Below are positions 14,565 to 24,764 of a stretch of DNA of 64,000 bases, piece after piece; within the stretch, counting starts at the first letter, position 1, and every line of letters starts with the position of its first letter. This stretch comes from Pseudogymnoascus verrucosus (lineage: Eukaryota): NCBI GenBank assembly GCA_001662655.1, contig KV460237.1, one strand, 5' to 3'. A program made the translations under genes and the position numbers. The notes beneath the pieces are model-generated. The model made no database searches, was not told the origin of the DNA, and worked only from the letters and a program-made list of their open reading frames with translations.

Positions 14565-15331
14565 ATCGGGACGGGGATAAGGTACAGGATTAAGGAGTAA
14601 GGAGGTAGAAAAAGTACGTACTGTATGGAGTACTTTGCCAAGTTTAGAGCACGCAAAACTACCAAAGTACTCGTATACCACTACTGCAGCGAACAAAGTA
14701 CTCATCTCCGTCGCCGGGGGTGTTTGAAGTTTTTTTTCTCTGCTCGTGGACGGTGAGCGCGGGATGGGCGGGGGGGTGGGGGGAAGGAGAGAGTGTACAG
14801 CATACAGTCCAAGAGACAAGAGAGAGGAGGGGGAGTATATCTTGAGACGCATCCCCCTTCGCGGCTTCTAGTCTTGGATCAGCTTTGAAGAGACAGACAC
14901 GACATATCAGACAAAACAGACAAGACCAGACGAGACACATAAGACATCCTAAGACACTAAAAGACAAGAAGAGACAGAGGATAAGACAAGACGACAACAA
15001 AGAACAAACCACACAGCGCCTATCAATAATCTCTAGCTGAAAAGTGAGAGTTACGTCACAAAGTGATACATTCCTCAACTACTGCCAGGTACAACCACGC
15101 GCAACAAGGGGAGACGGCAGAGAAAGGCTGAGAACTGAGACCACCACCTGGAACGAGTACAAGAAGGACCGCTCCTGCCAGTCTTCTCACATCCAGACAT
15201 TTTTTCGAACTACACGAAACAGAACATAAACAAAGGAAGCTACCGTTTGAACACCAAGTCGTTCAAACATTCCATCACTCACTCACTCCCACACTCAAAC
15301 CACAACAACCGCCACCATTTCCGCCTTAACA

Positions 15332-15415
15332 ATGCCCGCTCAACACCGCCCATCGCAACTCCCGCCCTGCCCGGGTCCCCCACCGAGTCGTCCCCTGCCG
15401 CCGCTGCCGAAGTAG
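15332..15415 (+). CDS. Candidate 27-aa proline-rich micropeptide MPAQHRPSQLPPCPGPPPSRPLPPLPK
   Basis: ATG in ACAATG context; no + strand ATG between ~14767 and 15331; exact RPLPPLP motif; sits in an otherwise gene-free 9 kb interval. Too short for the ORF track. Confidence 0.55.
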   Translation: MPAQHRPSQLPPCPGPPPSRPLPPLPK

Positions 15416-17238
15416 TCCCCCCACGACTCTCAAAACACTACCAACACAGCACAGCACAACAACGACGCGGGCACCAGAGGAGAAGCAACGGCAACACGAA
15501 CGCGGTTTCTTAAGAACTACTATCCTCGACTCGCCCGTAACAAACAACAACAACATAACAAACACCACCACCGCCGCAGCCAGACGTTGAGGCAGGACTT
15601 CTTCGACAAGGCAAATCTACTTCCTACTACTAAGGACGACAGGGCAGGGATACGACATGGATGCGGCCATGTGATCGCCCTCCCACGTCACCACCGTTCC
15701 CATCATCGCGAGGGGCGGACAGGCACCCATCCATCATCCTTCCACCACCCACGCCCACCACCACACCCAACCCATCACCCACCATGCACACATCCTTGGC
15801 GCGAAACGGCCCCGAAACTGCGCCATGGCGAGGACAAGAGGTGTAATAATAGCAAAGTAGCCTTACACCAGTCTTTTCACTCCCACTCGCCCATTCAGCT
15901 CGGCTCGGCTCAGCCCAGTCCAGACCTCGGGCGGACTTAGACACCTACCCTACCTCACTTATCGACGATTACTCAATCGGTTCGCTGACGAAGGAATGGG
16001 TTCTGACTCGTCGATTTCGCAAGTCTAGATTGTGCTTACCCCGCATTATTCCATCCGTTATCATCTATCATCCATCTATCCGCAAACTCGTGTCGTCACC
16101 ACCACGGGTAAGACGGCCGAAAACAGAACCGCCTTCTTTTCTCGTCGTCGGCAAATACAAACTATAGTATCTCAACACGACGACACGACAGAACCCCAAA
16201 CCGCTCCTTGGCGCGGCGCGCATCATTTGCGGACACACCTGCAGGAACTGCAAGGGGCGGGGCGGGGCCTGGGGACATGCGCGGTGTACTGTCGCACTAC
16301 GGCGCTGTACATGGCCGGCGTTGGCCCGCACATGATGCGTCTCGTGATGTGCGGGTCTTGGCGTTTTACTCCTCTACACTCTGCATGCAGTGCGCGGGGT
16401 TGAATTGAGCAAGCAAGCAACCGGCATCTTATTTTCGACTCTCTTATTTCCTATGGGTGTTTAATCGTTTCATTTATTTCGTTTATCACGCATATGGGCG
16501 GGTTTCTCTCTATGGCTACGACGGCAATGGGTGATGAGTGGAGTGGGGTGGGATTTATATGTATCAACAACACGCGATTTATTATCGATTATTTTTAATG
16601 GTTTTTTTGCCTTACCGCAACGGGACGATGAGGGGTCGGCGCGTACGGGATGGAGCGGATTGTCTCTTTTTTGAAACGGGATGGGGATTTTACTTGGGCT
16701 GGGCGTGGGGGGGATTGGGTTTATTACTACCCATCTTTTGTTCCCGAGGATATGTAATTTTGGGGCCTGACGGATGGGCACGGGATGGGATGGGGCTGTA
16801 TAATTAGACGAATGGGGGGCTTTTAATATAATATATCTCGCTCGGAGATGCTTTTTACTCGTATATCTGTCTTGTCCATATTGCTTATCTGGCTTGTTGG
16901 ATTATGTTTGCGTGATCATGAAAGGTACTATATTTCCATTCTCACCTTGCCATGTCTGTCTGTATGTCTGTCCTTTCTCCACTCTAGACTCGATGATGGA
17001 CGGGGCTACTGCACGTACGGACGGCTGTACTGTACATCATGCATACATGCATTCGCCGTACGTACGTACATATATATTACCTACTCTATTCTACTTTCAC
17101 CATCAGTTATCCCGCGGATAACCCATGGCATGGCGAGCGAGCGAGGCGGACACGAGTTCAAGATGTCAGGATGCATACATACCTGGCCATCCTAGAGGGT
17201 GTAATATAGACACACCTCCTGCGATGTCCGTATTACCT

Positions 17239-17298
17239 TCCTTCCCCCCTTCCTTCCCCTCTCCCTCCCCCTCTCCCTCCCCCTCTCCCTCCCCCTCT
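17239..17298. repeat. Pyrimidine-rich low-complexity tract (CCCTCT/CCCTCC units)
   Basis: Read directly from the sequence. Confidence 0.8.
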
Positions 17299-18242
17299 CG
17301 ACCCGACGACCTGAGAGTCGAGACCGATCCGCCCTATACCACCACCCCTCAGCTCCTCATGCACGCCACTATATCCAACAAACTCTTAAGCCCTTCCTCC
17401 CCCCAATATGGCAACACCCGCATCCCCCTCCTCCATGCACAGGGTTCTATGCGCGGGGTCAACAACGGCGACTATACTGTACTGTCCTATACGGTACTTA
17501 CCATACCCCGTGACTACCCTTGGAGTGCTAGACTGAATACCACGTTACCTCGTGAGTGACAGGTGCACGGGGGCCGCGGGGGTAAATGTGTTATGTTATG
17601 CTTAAACCCCAGCGGTGAGGTAAAAGCGCGCCGCTAGGACGTGTCATGCGTGGGTGATCGCGGTGAGGTGCGTGTTGGTGTGATTATGCGGTGCGGTGCG
17701 GTGTGCCGGCGGCGGGCATGATGCACTGCAGCGTTGATCGGCGGTGTGAGGCGTGGGAGGGGGGCGGTATGGGGATTCTGGTACGTAAGGTTTGTGAAAT
17801 GACTGATTTATATGGAATAGAAAACTAGGCTAGGGGTTTAAGACGAGAACTATGGGTTTGGGACTTGTGAAGGGTTTGGTATGTCCGTTTTTGAAGTGTG
17901 AGATGGAGGAGGAGTAAGTATCACTTTGGCTGTCTTGGCGGATAAATATCGGAGCGCGGGGATATAATTACCCGACATGTGTAGCAAGCTATCCACCAAG
18001 GGTAATTTTTTGAAGCCGAAAGCTCACCCAAAGACGCGATATTACGGATTGGACAGCAACGCGGGACGGAATTGTATTTTACGACGGATATAGGAAGAAG
18101 GGGGTTTACAGCGCGATTTTGTTTCGGTCTATTTGAGCATATATCCCGCACCACCGCACCGCGAACAACACGCGCCTCACCACCAACCCGCCCAACACCA
18201 CACCTCACACCTCACACCTCACACCCCCCACGCACCTCAAAA

Positions 18243-19618
18243 ATGCCCATCCTCGAACTCCATGTCCCCCCACCCCCCCTAACCTCCTTCCCCTCCCCCT
18301 CCCTCCCCACCCTCGACCCCGAATCCCTCGCCCTAACCGCCTACTTCTCCCTCGCCATCCCGCGCGGCGAATGGGTCCTCATCCCCTCTCTCCCCGGCGC
18401 GAACCCGACGGGTGTGCTGCCGGCGCTGAGGTGGGGGGAGGTATGGGTGGGGGGGTGGGGGAATGTGGTTGATTTTGTTGGGAAGATGGGGGGGGAGGGG
18501 TGGGCGCTGGGGGGTAAAGATGGGGGGGAGGGGAATGGGAAGGGGAAGCTGAGGGGGGAGGGGGAGGGGGAGAGGGGGGATGTTATTGCGTGAGTCTTTC
18601 TAGCATTCACTAATCTACTCCATCTACCTGAAGGATACAGCTAACAACCCCCCACAGATTCTCAAACTTCATCCGCACCAAAGGCCGCGCCCTCCTCGAC
18701 CTCTCCCTCTTCGCCGACCCCCAAAACTACAACACCCTCACCCGCTCCTCCCTCGCCTCCACCCTCCCCTTCCCCCTCTCCTGGCTCGAGCCCCGCCGTC
18801 TCCGCGAAGCAGCCCTAGCGCGCACCGCACACCTAGGCATCAAACTCGACACCACCGACGATGCCCACGACGCAGCATCCACCTCCACCCAGGTCCAGGG
18901 CGAGGACGTCATCCCCGTCAGCCTGCGAAAGGGTAACCCCAACGCGGCGGCGGCTAGTTTGGCTGCGGAAGGCGCGGCGACGATAAGGTTATCTGCGCTG
19001 GCTGATGAGTTTCTGGAGCCACTTGCGGAGATGAGGGGGGAGGGGAGGTGGTTTGTAGGCGGGCGCGCGACGGAGGTGGATTGTCTCGCCCTGGGGTACT
19101 TGGCTGTTATGCTTGTTGACGGGCTGCCGAGGCCGTGGTTGGCGGAGAAGGTTAAGTCCGTAAAAGGGCTTAAGGAGTGGGTTGCTGAGGTGGAGGGTGT
19201 GGCGTTTGAGGAGCTGCCGTGGGGAGAGGGGGAGGCGGGGGTGGGTGTTATAGGACGCGCTGTTACGGGGTGGGTTTGGGGCGCGCTGGGGATGGGAGGG
19301 GTAGCGAGGGAGGAGGAGAAGAAGGAGGAGGAGTTCTCGTCGCAGGGTGAGCAAGAGATTGTGGCGTATAGGGCGATGATTAGGAGGAGGGAGATGTGGG
19401 TTACGACTGGGAGCGTGGTGGTAGCTGTGGGCTTGTTCGTGGGGTTTTTGTTCCAGCAGGGGACTATTGGGGCGATTGTGCTGGGGGCGCAGGGGGCGCA
19501 GAAGCGCGCGCGTGCGAAGGCCGAGAAGGAGGTGGAGGGGGGGGGGGTTGCGGCTGCGGCGCTGTGGGAGGCTGCTGAGCCGGGGGTGGCGGAGTTGGCG
19601 GCGAAGATGAATTTTTAG
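18243..19618 (+). CDS. Metaxin/SAM37 (Tom37)-like mitochondrial outer-membrane protein
   Basis: MPILELHV...LPTLDPESLALTAYF...NPTGVLPAL N-domain; GST-C-like segment ATEVDCLALGYLAVM; C-terminal TM helix; intron 18590..18657. Confidence 0.8.
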
Positions 19619-20493
19619 GGGGGGGTATTGAGAGGCTGGGGGGGGGGATGGTGGGGATTGTATATTATGGGATGTACTGTATGTTTGGATATGTGGACGG
19701 AGCTGGGGTTCACTCACTGGTGTTTATTATGGCATGGTGTATGATGGGGTGTTTTGTGCTATTTAGAAAATGACAACCTTGCTGTTTATAGATGAAGCTG
19801 AAACAATAGAGAGCTTTCTATTTCACTATCTGTGTATCCTGAAGAAAATGATATGAAGCTAGAATAGTAATGTGCTTCTTCCATTCTCATATTTGGTTGT
19901 TCCCGTGAGACATTGTTTCACTTCTGCACCACCGTTGGAGCCGAAATACCAAAAACCTTTTCCATTTCCAGTGACTATTCATTTCTATAAACCACCTCCT
20001 TCCACTATAATCATTCATCTACTATAATTATAAAAGTCTTGTCTTGTCACAGTCGCGCAAACCCCTCACATTGCCGCGGGTATGACAGGCTTTCACAAGA
20101 AATCGCCGAAGCCCTCGGGTGTCGACACCAGCCACACTTGATCCCCCATTTACGCCACATGCTCGTCATCGCCGTCGGCCGCCCGGCCCCCACATGTCTG
20201 GTTATGGACAATTTAAAGAGGTGAGCACTTGCTCCGCATTTGGATGCGAAAGGCTGGACGACGACGACACACGATCTTCCAAACTTCCAGAGCTTCAAGA
20301 TCCTCGAGAAGCTTCAGAACCTCAAAGTCGGTTTTTGGTATAAATCCCCACAAAGCGACCAACGCTCCATTCGAAATATCCCCTAAACCCACCATCCGAA
20401 CGCTCCAGACAGACAGAGACCCCTCTACCAAGCTCCCGACAACAATGCGAACACCTCCCAAACCCGCATAACCGACCCACGCAAACCCTCACG

Positions 20494-23400
20494 ATGCTCC
20501 TCCTCCAGCAATCCGGCACCCTCAAAGTCGGCGAGGTCGTCCGCTACACCATCACCTACACCCCCAGCCGCGACCGCATCCTCCCGCACCCCACGCACCT
20601 GCACCTACGCATCAAGAACACCTCCGCCATCGCCCTCCGCGCGGCGTTCATGCACGGGCCCTACGCGCTCTACGTCTCCGCCGCCCCCTCCACGCACCGC
20701 GTCGATGTCGCCAGCGGCGCGAGCGCGAGGCTCGACGGCGTCCCGGAGTTCGAGCCGAATCTCAAAGCCGGTGCGGCGTGGAGCGCGAGGCTGAAGGTTA
20801 GGGGTGGTGAGGAGGAGACGAGTTGGGTGGTTGAGGTGGCTAGTCAGGTTATTTTTTCGGCGAGTGCGGGGGTGAGGTTTGAGGTGCTTGTTGGGAGGGA
20901 TGAAGGGAGTGTGGGGGGGGAGATGGGGGCGGGGAAGGGGGCGGCGAGGCAGGGGGTTTTTTCGGAGGCGGTGACGGTTAGGGTCGAGGATACGGCGGGG
21001 TTGTGGAATACGCCTAGGTTGCCGGAGTGGGAGGGGGAGGAGGGGGGGGATGGGAGTGGTGGGGAGGGGGTGAGGAGGGTGGGGAAGGTGGAGGAGGGGA
21101 AGAAGGTGGAGGGGGAGAGGGCGAATGGGGAGGGGAAGACGGATGATAGGAAGCAGAAGAAGATACATTTGGTGGTGTTGACGCATGGACTGCATAGTAA
21201 TCTGGGCGCGGATATGCTGTACATGAAGGAAAGCATAGATGCTGGAGCGAAGAAGGCGAAGGAGGAAGCCAAACTACGGCGGGACAAACGCCGGAAGGAG
21301 AGGGCAGAAGCAGCTTCTGCGCAAAGCAGCAGTACAAACGGCGACGGGACTTCGGAGCAAAAACATGCGGACGACGAGGATACTGACGACGAGGAGGACG
21401 TTATAGTCCGCGGCTTCTCCGGAAATGCGGTTCGCACCGAGAAGGGGATTAAATATCTAGGCAAGCGATTGGCGAAATACGTCTTAGCGATGACATACCC
21501 AGACCAGCCGTTCCATTCCGTCAGTATAAGCGCTGGCGAAAGTTTGAAAGCGGCAGTCACACACGACAAATCCAAAGAGGTCGAGCTCGGCGAGGCGGTA
21601 CACCCCCACAGCAGCATCCGGAAAGATACGCCCACCGGAAAGAAACTCGCATACAAAATCACCAGTATCAGCTTCATCGCGCACTCGCTGGGTGGCCTGA
21701 TCCAGACTTACGCCGTAGCGTACATCCAGAAGCACTCCCCCGACTTCTTCGACAAGATCCAGGCCGTCAACTTCATCTGCCTCGCCTCGCCCTTCCTAGG
21801 CCTCAGCAACGAGAACCCGCTCTACGTCAAGTTCGCCCTCGACTTCGGCCTCGTCGGCCGCACAGGCCAGGACCTCGGTCTGACATGGCGCGCGCCGACG
21901 CTCGCACGCAGCGGCTGGGGAGCGCTCGTCAGCGGCATCGGGGAGAACGGCAAGAAGGCAATCGAGCACCCGCGGGACCCGCGCTCGAAGCCGCTCTTGC
22001 GGATCCTGCCGACGGGGCCGGCACATGTGGCGCTCAAGAAGTTCCGCAACCGGACGGTGTATTCGAATGTTGTGAATGATGGGATCGTGCCGCTGCGAAC
22101 GAGCTGTTTGCTCTTCTTGGATTGGCAGGGATTGGGGAGAGTGGAGAAGGCGAGGAGGGAGAACGGACTTGTGGGAACGATGGCGGGGTGGGGATGGGCG
22201 GAGTTGACGGGACAGAATGCCACGGCGGCTGCGAGACAGGAATGGATGGAGGAAGCAAAAGAGACGGAAGCTGCGCAGGCTCAGGCTGAGGCGAATGGGA
22301 GTAATACACCTACACGGCAGGGAAGAGGTGGCGATGTCCCGCAGCCTCCGCCCGATGCGACCGAGGACGATGTACGCAGTCTGAAGAGCATGAAAATCAC
22401 TCGACGATCAACGAGCCAACCGCGCTCGTCGAGCAACGCGAAGGAGAACGAACTGCACCCGCCGCCGCAATCGCCAACCATCACTGGCACAGCATCCACT
22501 AAAGGCCCCATCGACAGCTTCCTCGATTTCTTCAACCCCCGCGCCAAATCCCCCGACCCCCCGCGGCAATCCAAAATCTACAAACGCAGCCAGACCGTCA
22601 AATTTGACGATCCCACCCGCAAATCAGACAGCAAAACCGACTCCGACTCAAGCACCAACCACACCGCCGGCATCAGCTCCGCCCTTCCCGAGGACCCTCA
22701 GGGCTCCGCCGCCCCGCCACGAACAAGCTTCTTCGAAGCCGCAGGCGACATCCTCGCCCCCCCCCTCCCCCCACTCTCCTTCCTCATCGACCCCTCCACG
22801 CGCCCCTTAACCATCTTCCACGACCGCGTCTACCACCCCTCCGACATCCCCCCACCCCCTCTCAAACCCCCCACCACCACCTCCAACAAACTCTCCAAGA
22901 CGCCCCCAGCATCAAACCACAGCACCAACAGCTTCGCCACCACCGCCTCCGACTCCTCCTTACCCCCCCTCGCGGAAATAGACTCTTCAGCCATGAAAGT
23001 CGAGGAGAAAATCGCGCGCGCTTACCACCGCGACCTCGCGTGGCGGAAAGTCCTCGTGCGCCTAGAGCCAGATGCACATAACAACATCATCGTGCGGCGC
23101 AAATTCGCAAACGCCTACGGATGGCCAGTCGTACAGCACCTGGTTGATACGCATTTTGCTGGTGGCGGCGCAGCGCTTACTCCTGATGATGAGGAGGGGA
23201 ATGAGGATCGTGCGACGGGGGGGTCGCCGGGGGGCAATGGACGGGATGAAGAGGAGGAGCCGGCGCTGCATCAATTCCTCAACCCTGCACAGAGGCGGGA
23301 ACGCGAGGAAGAAGATAGAGAGAGCGTAGATCACCTCTCCAGCCTCAGCGATGCGGTGAGCACGCACACGCATACCGCGCAGCGGACCCGCAAACCGGTG

Positions 23401-23850
23401 CTGGAGCGCGCGGACTCGGAGGTGTGGAGTGAGCACGATTTCATGGATAGTGAGGGGGATAGCGATGGGGAGGATGGGGGAGTGAAGGAGAAGAAGAGGG
23501 TGGAGGAGGGGCCGGGGTGGAATTGGACGGAGAAGATTGTGGGGAGGGGGGCGGTGGCGGGAAGGGCGGGGAAGGGTGGGGGGAAGGTGGGCGGGGGAGG
23601 GGGGAAGGGGGGGATGGGGCATAAGCATAAGGAGAGTAGGGAGTATACTGTCCCTTCTCCTGAAGAGGATGAGGAGGACGAGGATGGGGAGGTTGAGGGC
23701 GTGTCGAAGGGTTTGAATATGTTGAATCTTGGTGTACAGCCGGTGGCGGAGAGTGATACGCATGTTGGGATTGTGGAGGAGGTTGCGAGGGCCAGTGTTA
23801 GTAGGAATATTGGTGGGGGAGGTGGAGCTGGTGCTGGGCTGGGGGTTTGA
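20494..23850 (+). CDS. DUF676 putative lipase/serine esterase (ROG1-like)
   Basis: 1118-aa ORF with HLVVLTHGLHSN, nucleophile elbow SFIAHSLGGL, ASPFLG, YSNVVNDGIVPLRTS and DAHNNIIVRR. Confidence 0.88.
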   Translation: MLLLQQSGTLKVGEVVRYTITYTPSRDRILPHPTHLHLRIKNTSAIALRAAFMHGPYALYVSAAPSTHRVDVASGASARLDGVPEFEPNLKAGAAWSARLKVRGGEEETSWVVEVASQVIFSASAGVRFEVLVGRDEGSVGGEMGAGKGAARQGVFSEAVTVRVEDTAGLWNTPRLPEWEGEEGGDGSGGEGVRRVGKVEEGKKVEGERANGEGKTDDRKQKKIHLVVLTHGLHSNLGADMLYMKESIDAGAKKAKEEAKLRRDKRRKERAEAASAQSSSTNGDGTSEQKHADDEDTDDEEDVIVRGFSGNAVRTEKGIKYLGKRLAKYVLAMTYPDQPFHSVSISAGESLKAAVTHDKSKEVELGEAVHPHSSIRKDTPTGKKLAYKITSISFIAHSLGGLIQTYAVAYIQKHSPDFFDKIQAVNFICLASPFLGLSNENPLYVKFALDFGLVGRTGQDLGLTWRAPTLARSGWGALVSGIGENGKKAIEHPRDPRSKPLLRILPTGPAHVALKKFRNRTVYSNVVNDGIVPLRTSCLLFLDWQGLGRVEKARRENGLVGTMAGWGWAELTGQNATAAARQEWMEEAKETEAAQAQAEANGSNTPTRQGRGGDVPQPPPDATEDDVRSLKSMKITRRSTSQPRSSSNAKENELHPPPQSPTITGTASTKGPIDSFLDFFNPRAKSPDPPRQSKIYKRSQTVKFDDPTRKSDSKTDSDSSTNHTAGISSALPEDPQGSAAPPRTSFFEAAGDILAPPLPPLSFLIDPSTRPLTIFHDRVYHPSDIPPPPLKPPTTTSNKLSKTPPASNHSTNSFATTASDSSLPPLAEIDSSAMKVEEKIARAYHRDLAWRKVLVRLEPDAHNNIIVRRKFANAYGWPVVQHLVDTHFAGGGAALTPDDEEGNEDRATGGSPGGNGRDEEEEPALHQFLNPAQRREREEEDRESVDHLSSLSDAVSTHTHTAQRTRKPVLERADSEVWSEHDFMDSEGDSDGEDGGVKEKKRVEEGPGWNWTEKIVGRGAVAGRAGKGGGKVGGGGGKGGMGHKHKESREYTVPSPEEDEEDEDGEVEGVSKGLNMLNLGVQPVAESDTHVGIVEEVARASVSRNIGGGGGAGAGLGV

Positions 23851-24240
23851 ATTCCTGGAGGCGACTTGTGGATGGTTGTATTGAGCTGGGGGTGTAGGAA
23901 TAGGATAGGGTATTATAGAGTGAGCGTGGTATATATTGATACGTTGCTTTGTTAATACAATACTTTAATCGGAATGTCAAACCTGCAGCTATTCGTTCTA
24001 TGTCTATGTGGTTTCTATCCAAAGCGATAATGACAGAAGAGACATACAAGAATACGAGTCATCAATCGAAAGTGATTAAATACAGCAAAGACTCTCAACC
24101 AAAACTCCAGGGCTCAATCAAACCAGAAAATGCTATCGAGATAGAGACTAGTCGTTACAAGACAGTGGAGCTAGCCCCATCGTTTTGTATCATGTTCACT
24201 CACTCTACAGCTCAGTTTGGGTGTTAGCTATGGGGGGAGA

Positions 24241-24317
24241 TGTGGCGGTGACAACACCGCGGTGGCGGTGGGAGGCGGTGATAACACTATAGTGGCGGTT
24301 GGAGGCGGTGGTAAGAA
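24241..24317. repeat. Degenerate ~30-bp tandem repeat built on GGCGGT
   Basis: About 2.5 copies of GTGGCGGTnGGAGGCGGTGrTAAsA between convergent genes. Confidence 0.55.
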
Positions 24318-24764
24318 CGAGCGGAGGTGAGAACTAATTCTCACCTCTCGTACACTACCTGTTGTCAGTGGGAAGTGCGAAGGGAGTTGGAGGGACAGAC
24401 AATACCCGCCCTGAGTTGGTGGTTAAGAATACAAAGCCCGAATTCGACGACTTCGGCCATTTTGTATTCGCCATAGTTCTCTTTAAAGAAGATGGTGGCC
24501 ACAACGAGGGTTTGTCCCTAACAGCTTCGACTAGCTAAGCTAGACAGACAGATGAACGAATACAATCATCATAATTCATAATCCCCCTAACTTACACAGC
24601 ATCCAATCCAATCCGCTTCAATCCCGCTAAATCCTCCCCTCAAAAAGACACAATGGCCAATAAATAAATCCTTACCAAATCGCCATCCTCCTTCCCCCCT
24701 ACCATCTTCCAAAAACAAATCCCACCTACCTATCCAAAACGTATCCCCAAAAAATCCTACACCC

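Noticed and set aside
20605..23763. Long antisense and alternate-frame ORFs over GC-rich genes (also over NPT1, ERG1 and the PPR gene)
   Set aside because: Shadow ORFs caused by GC-rich codon bias; no domain signal.
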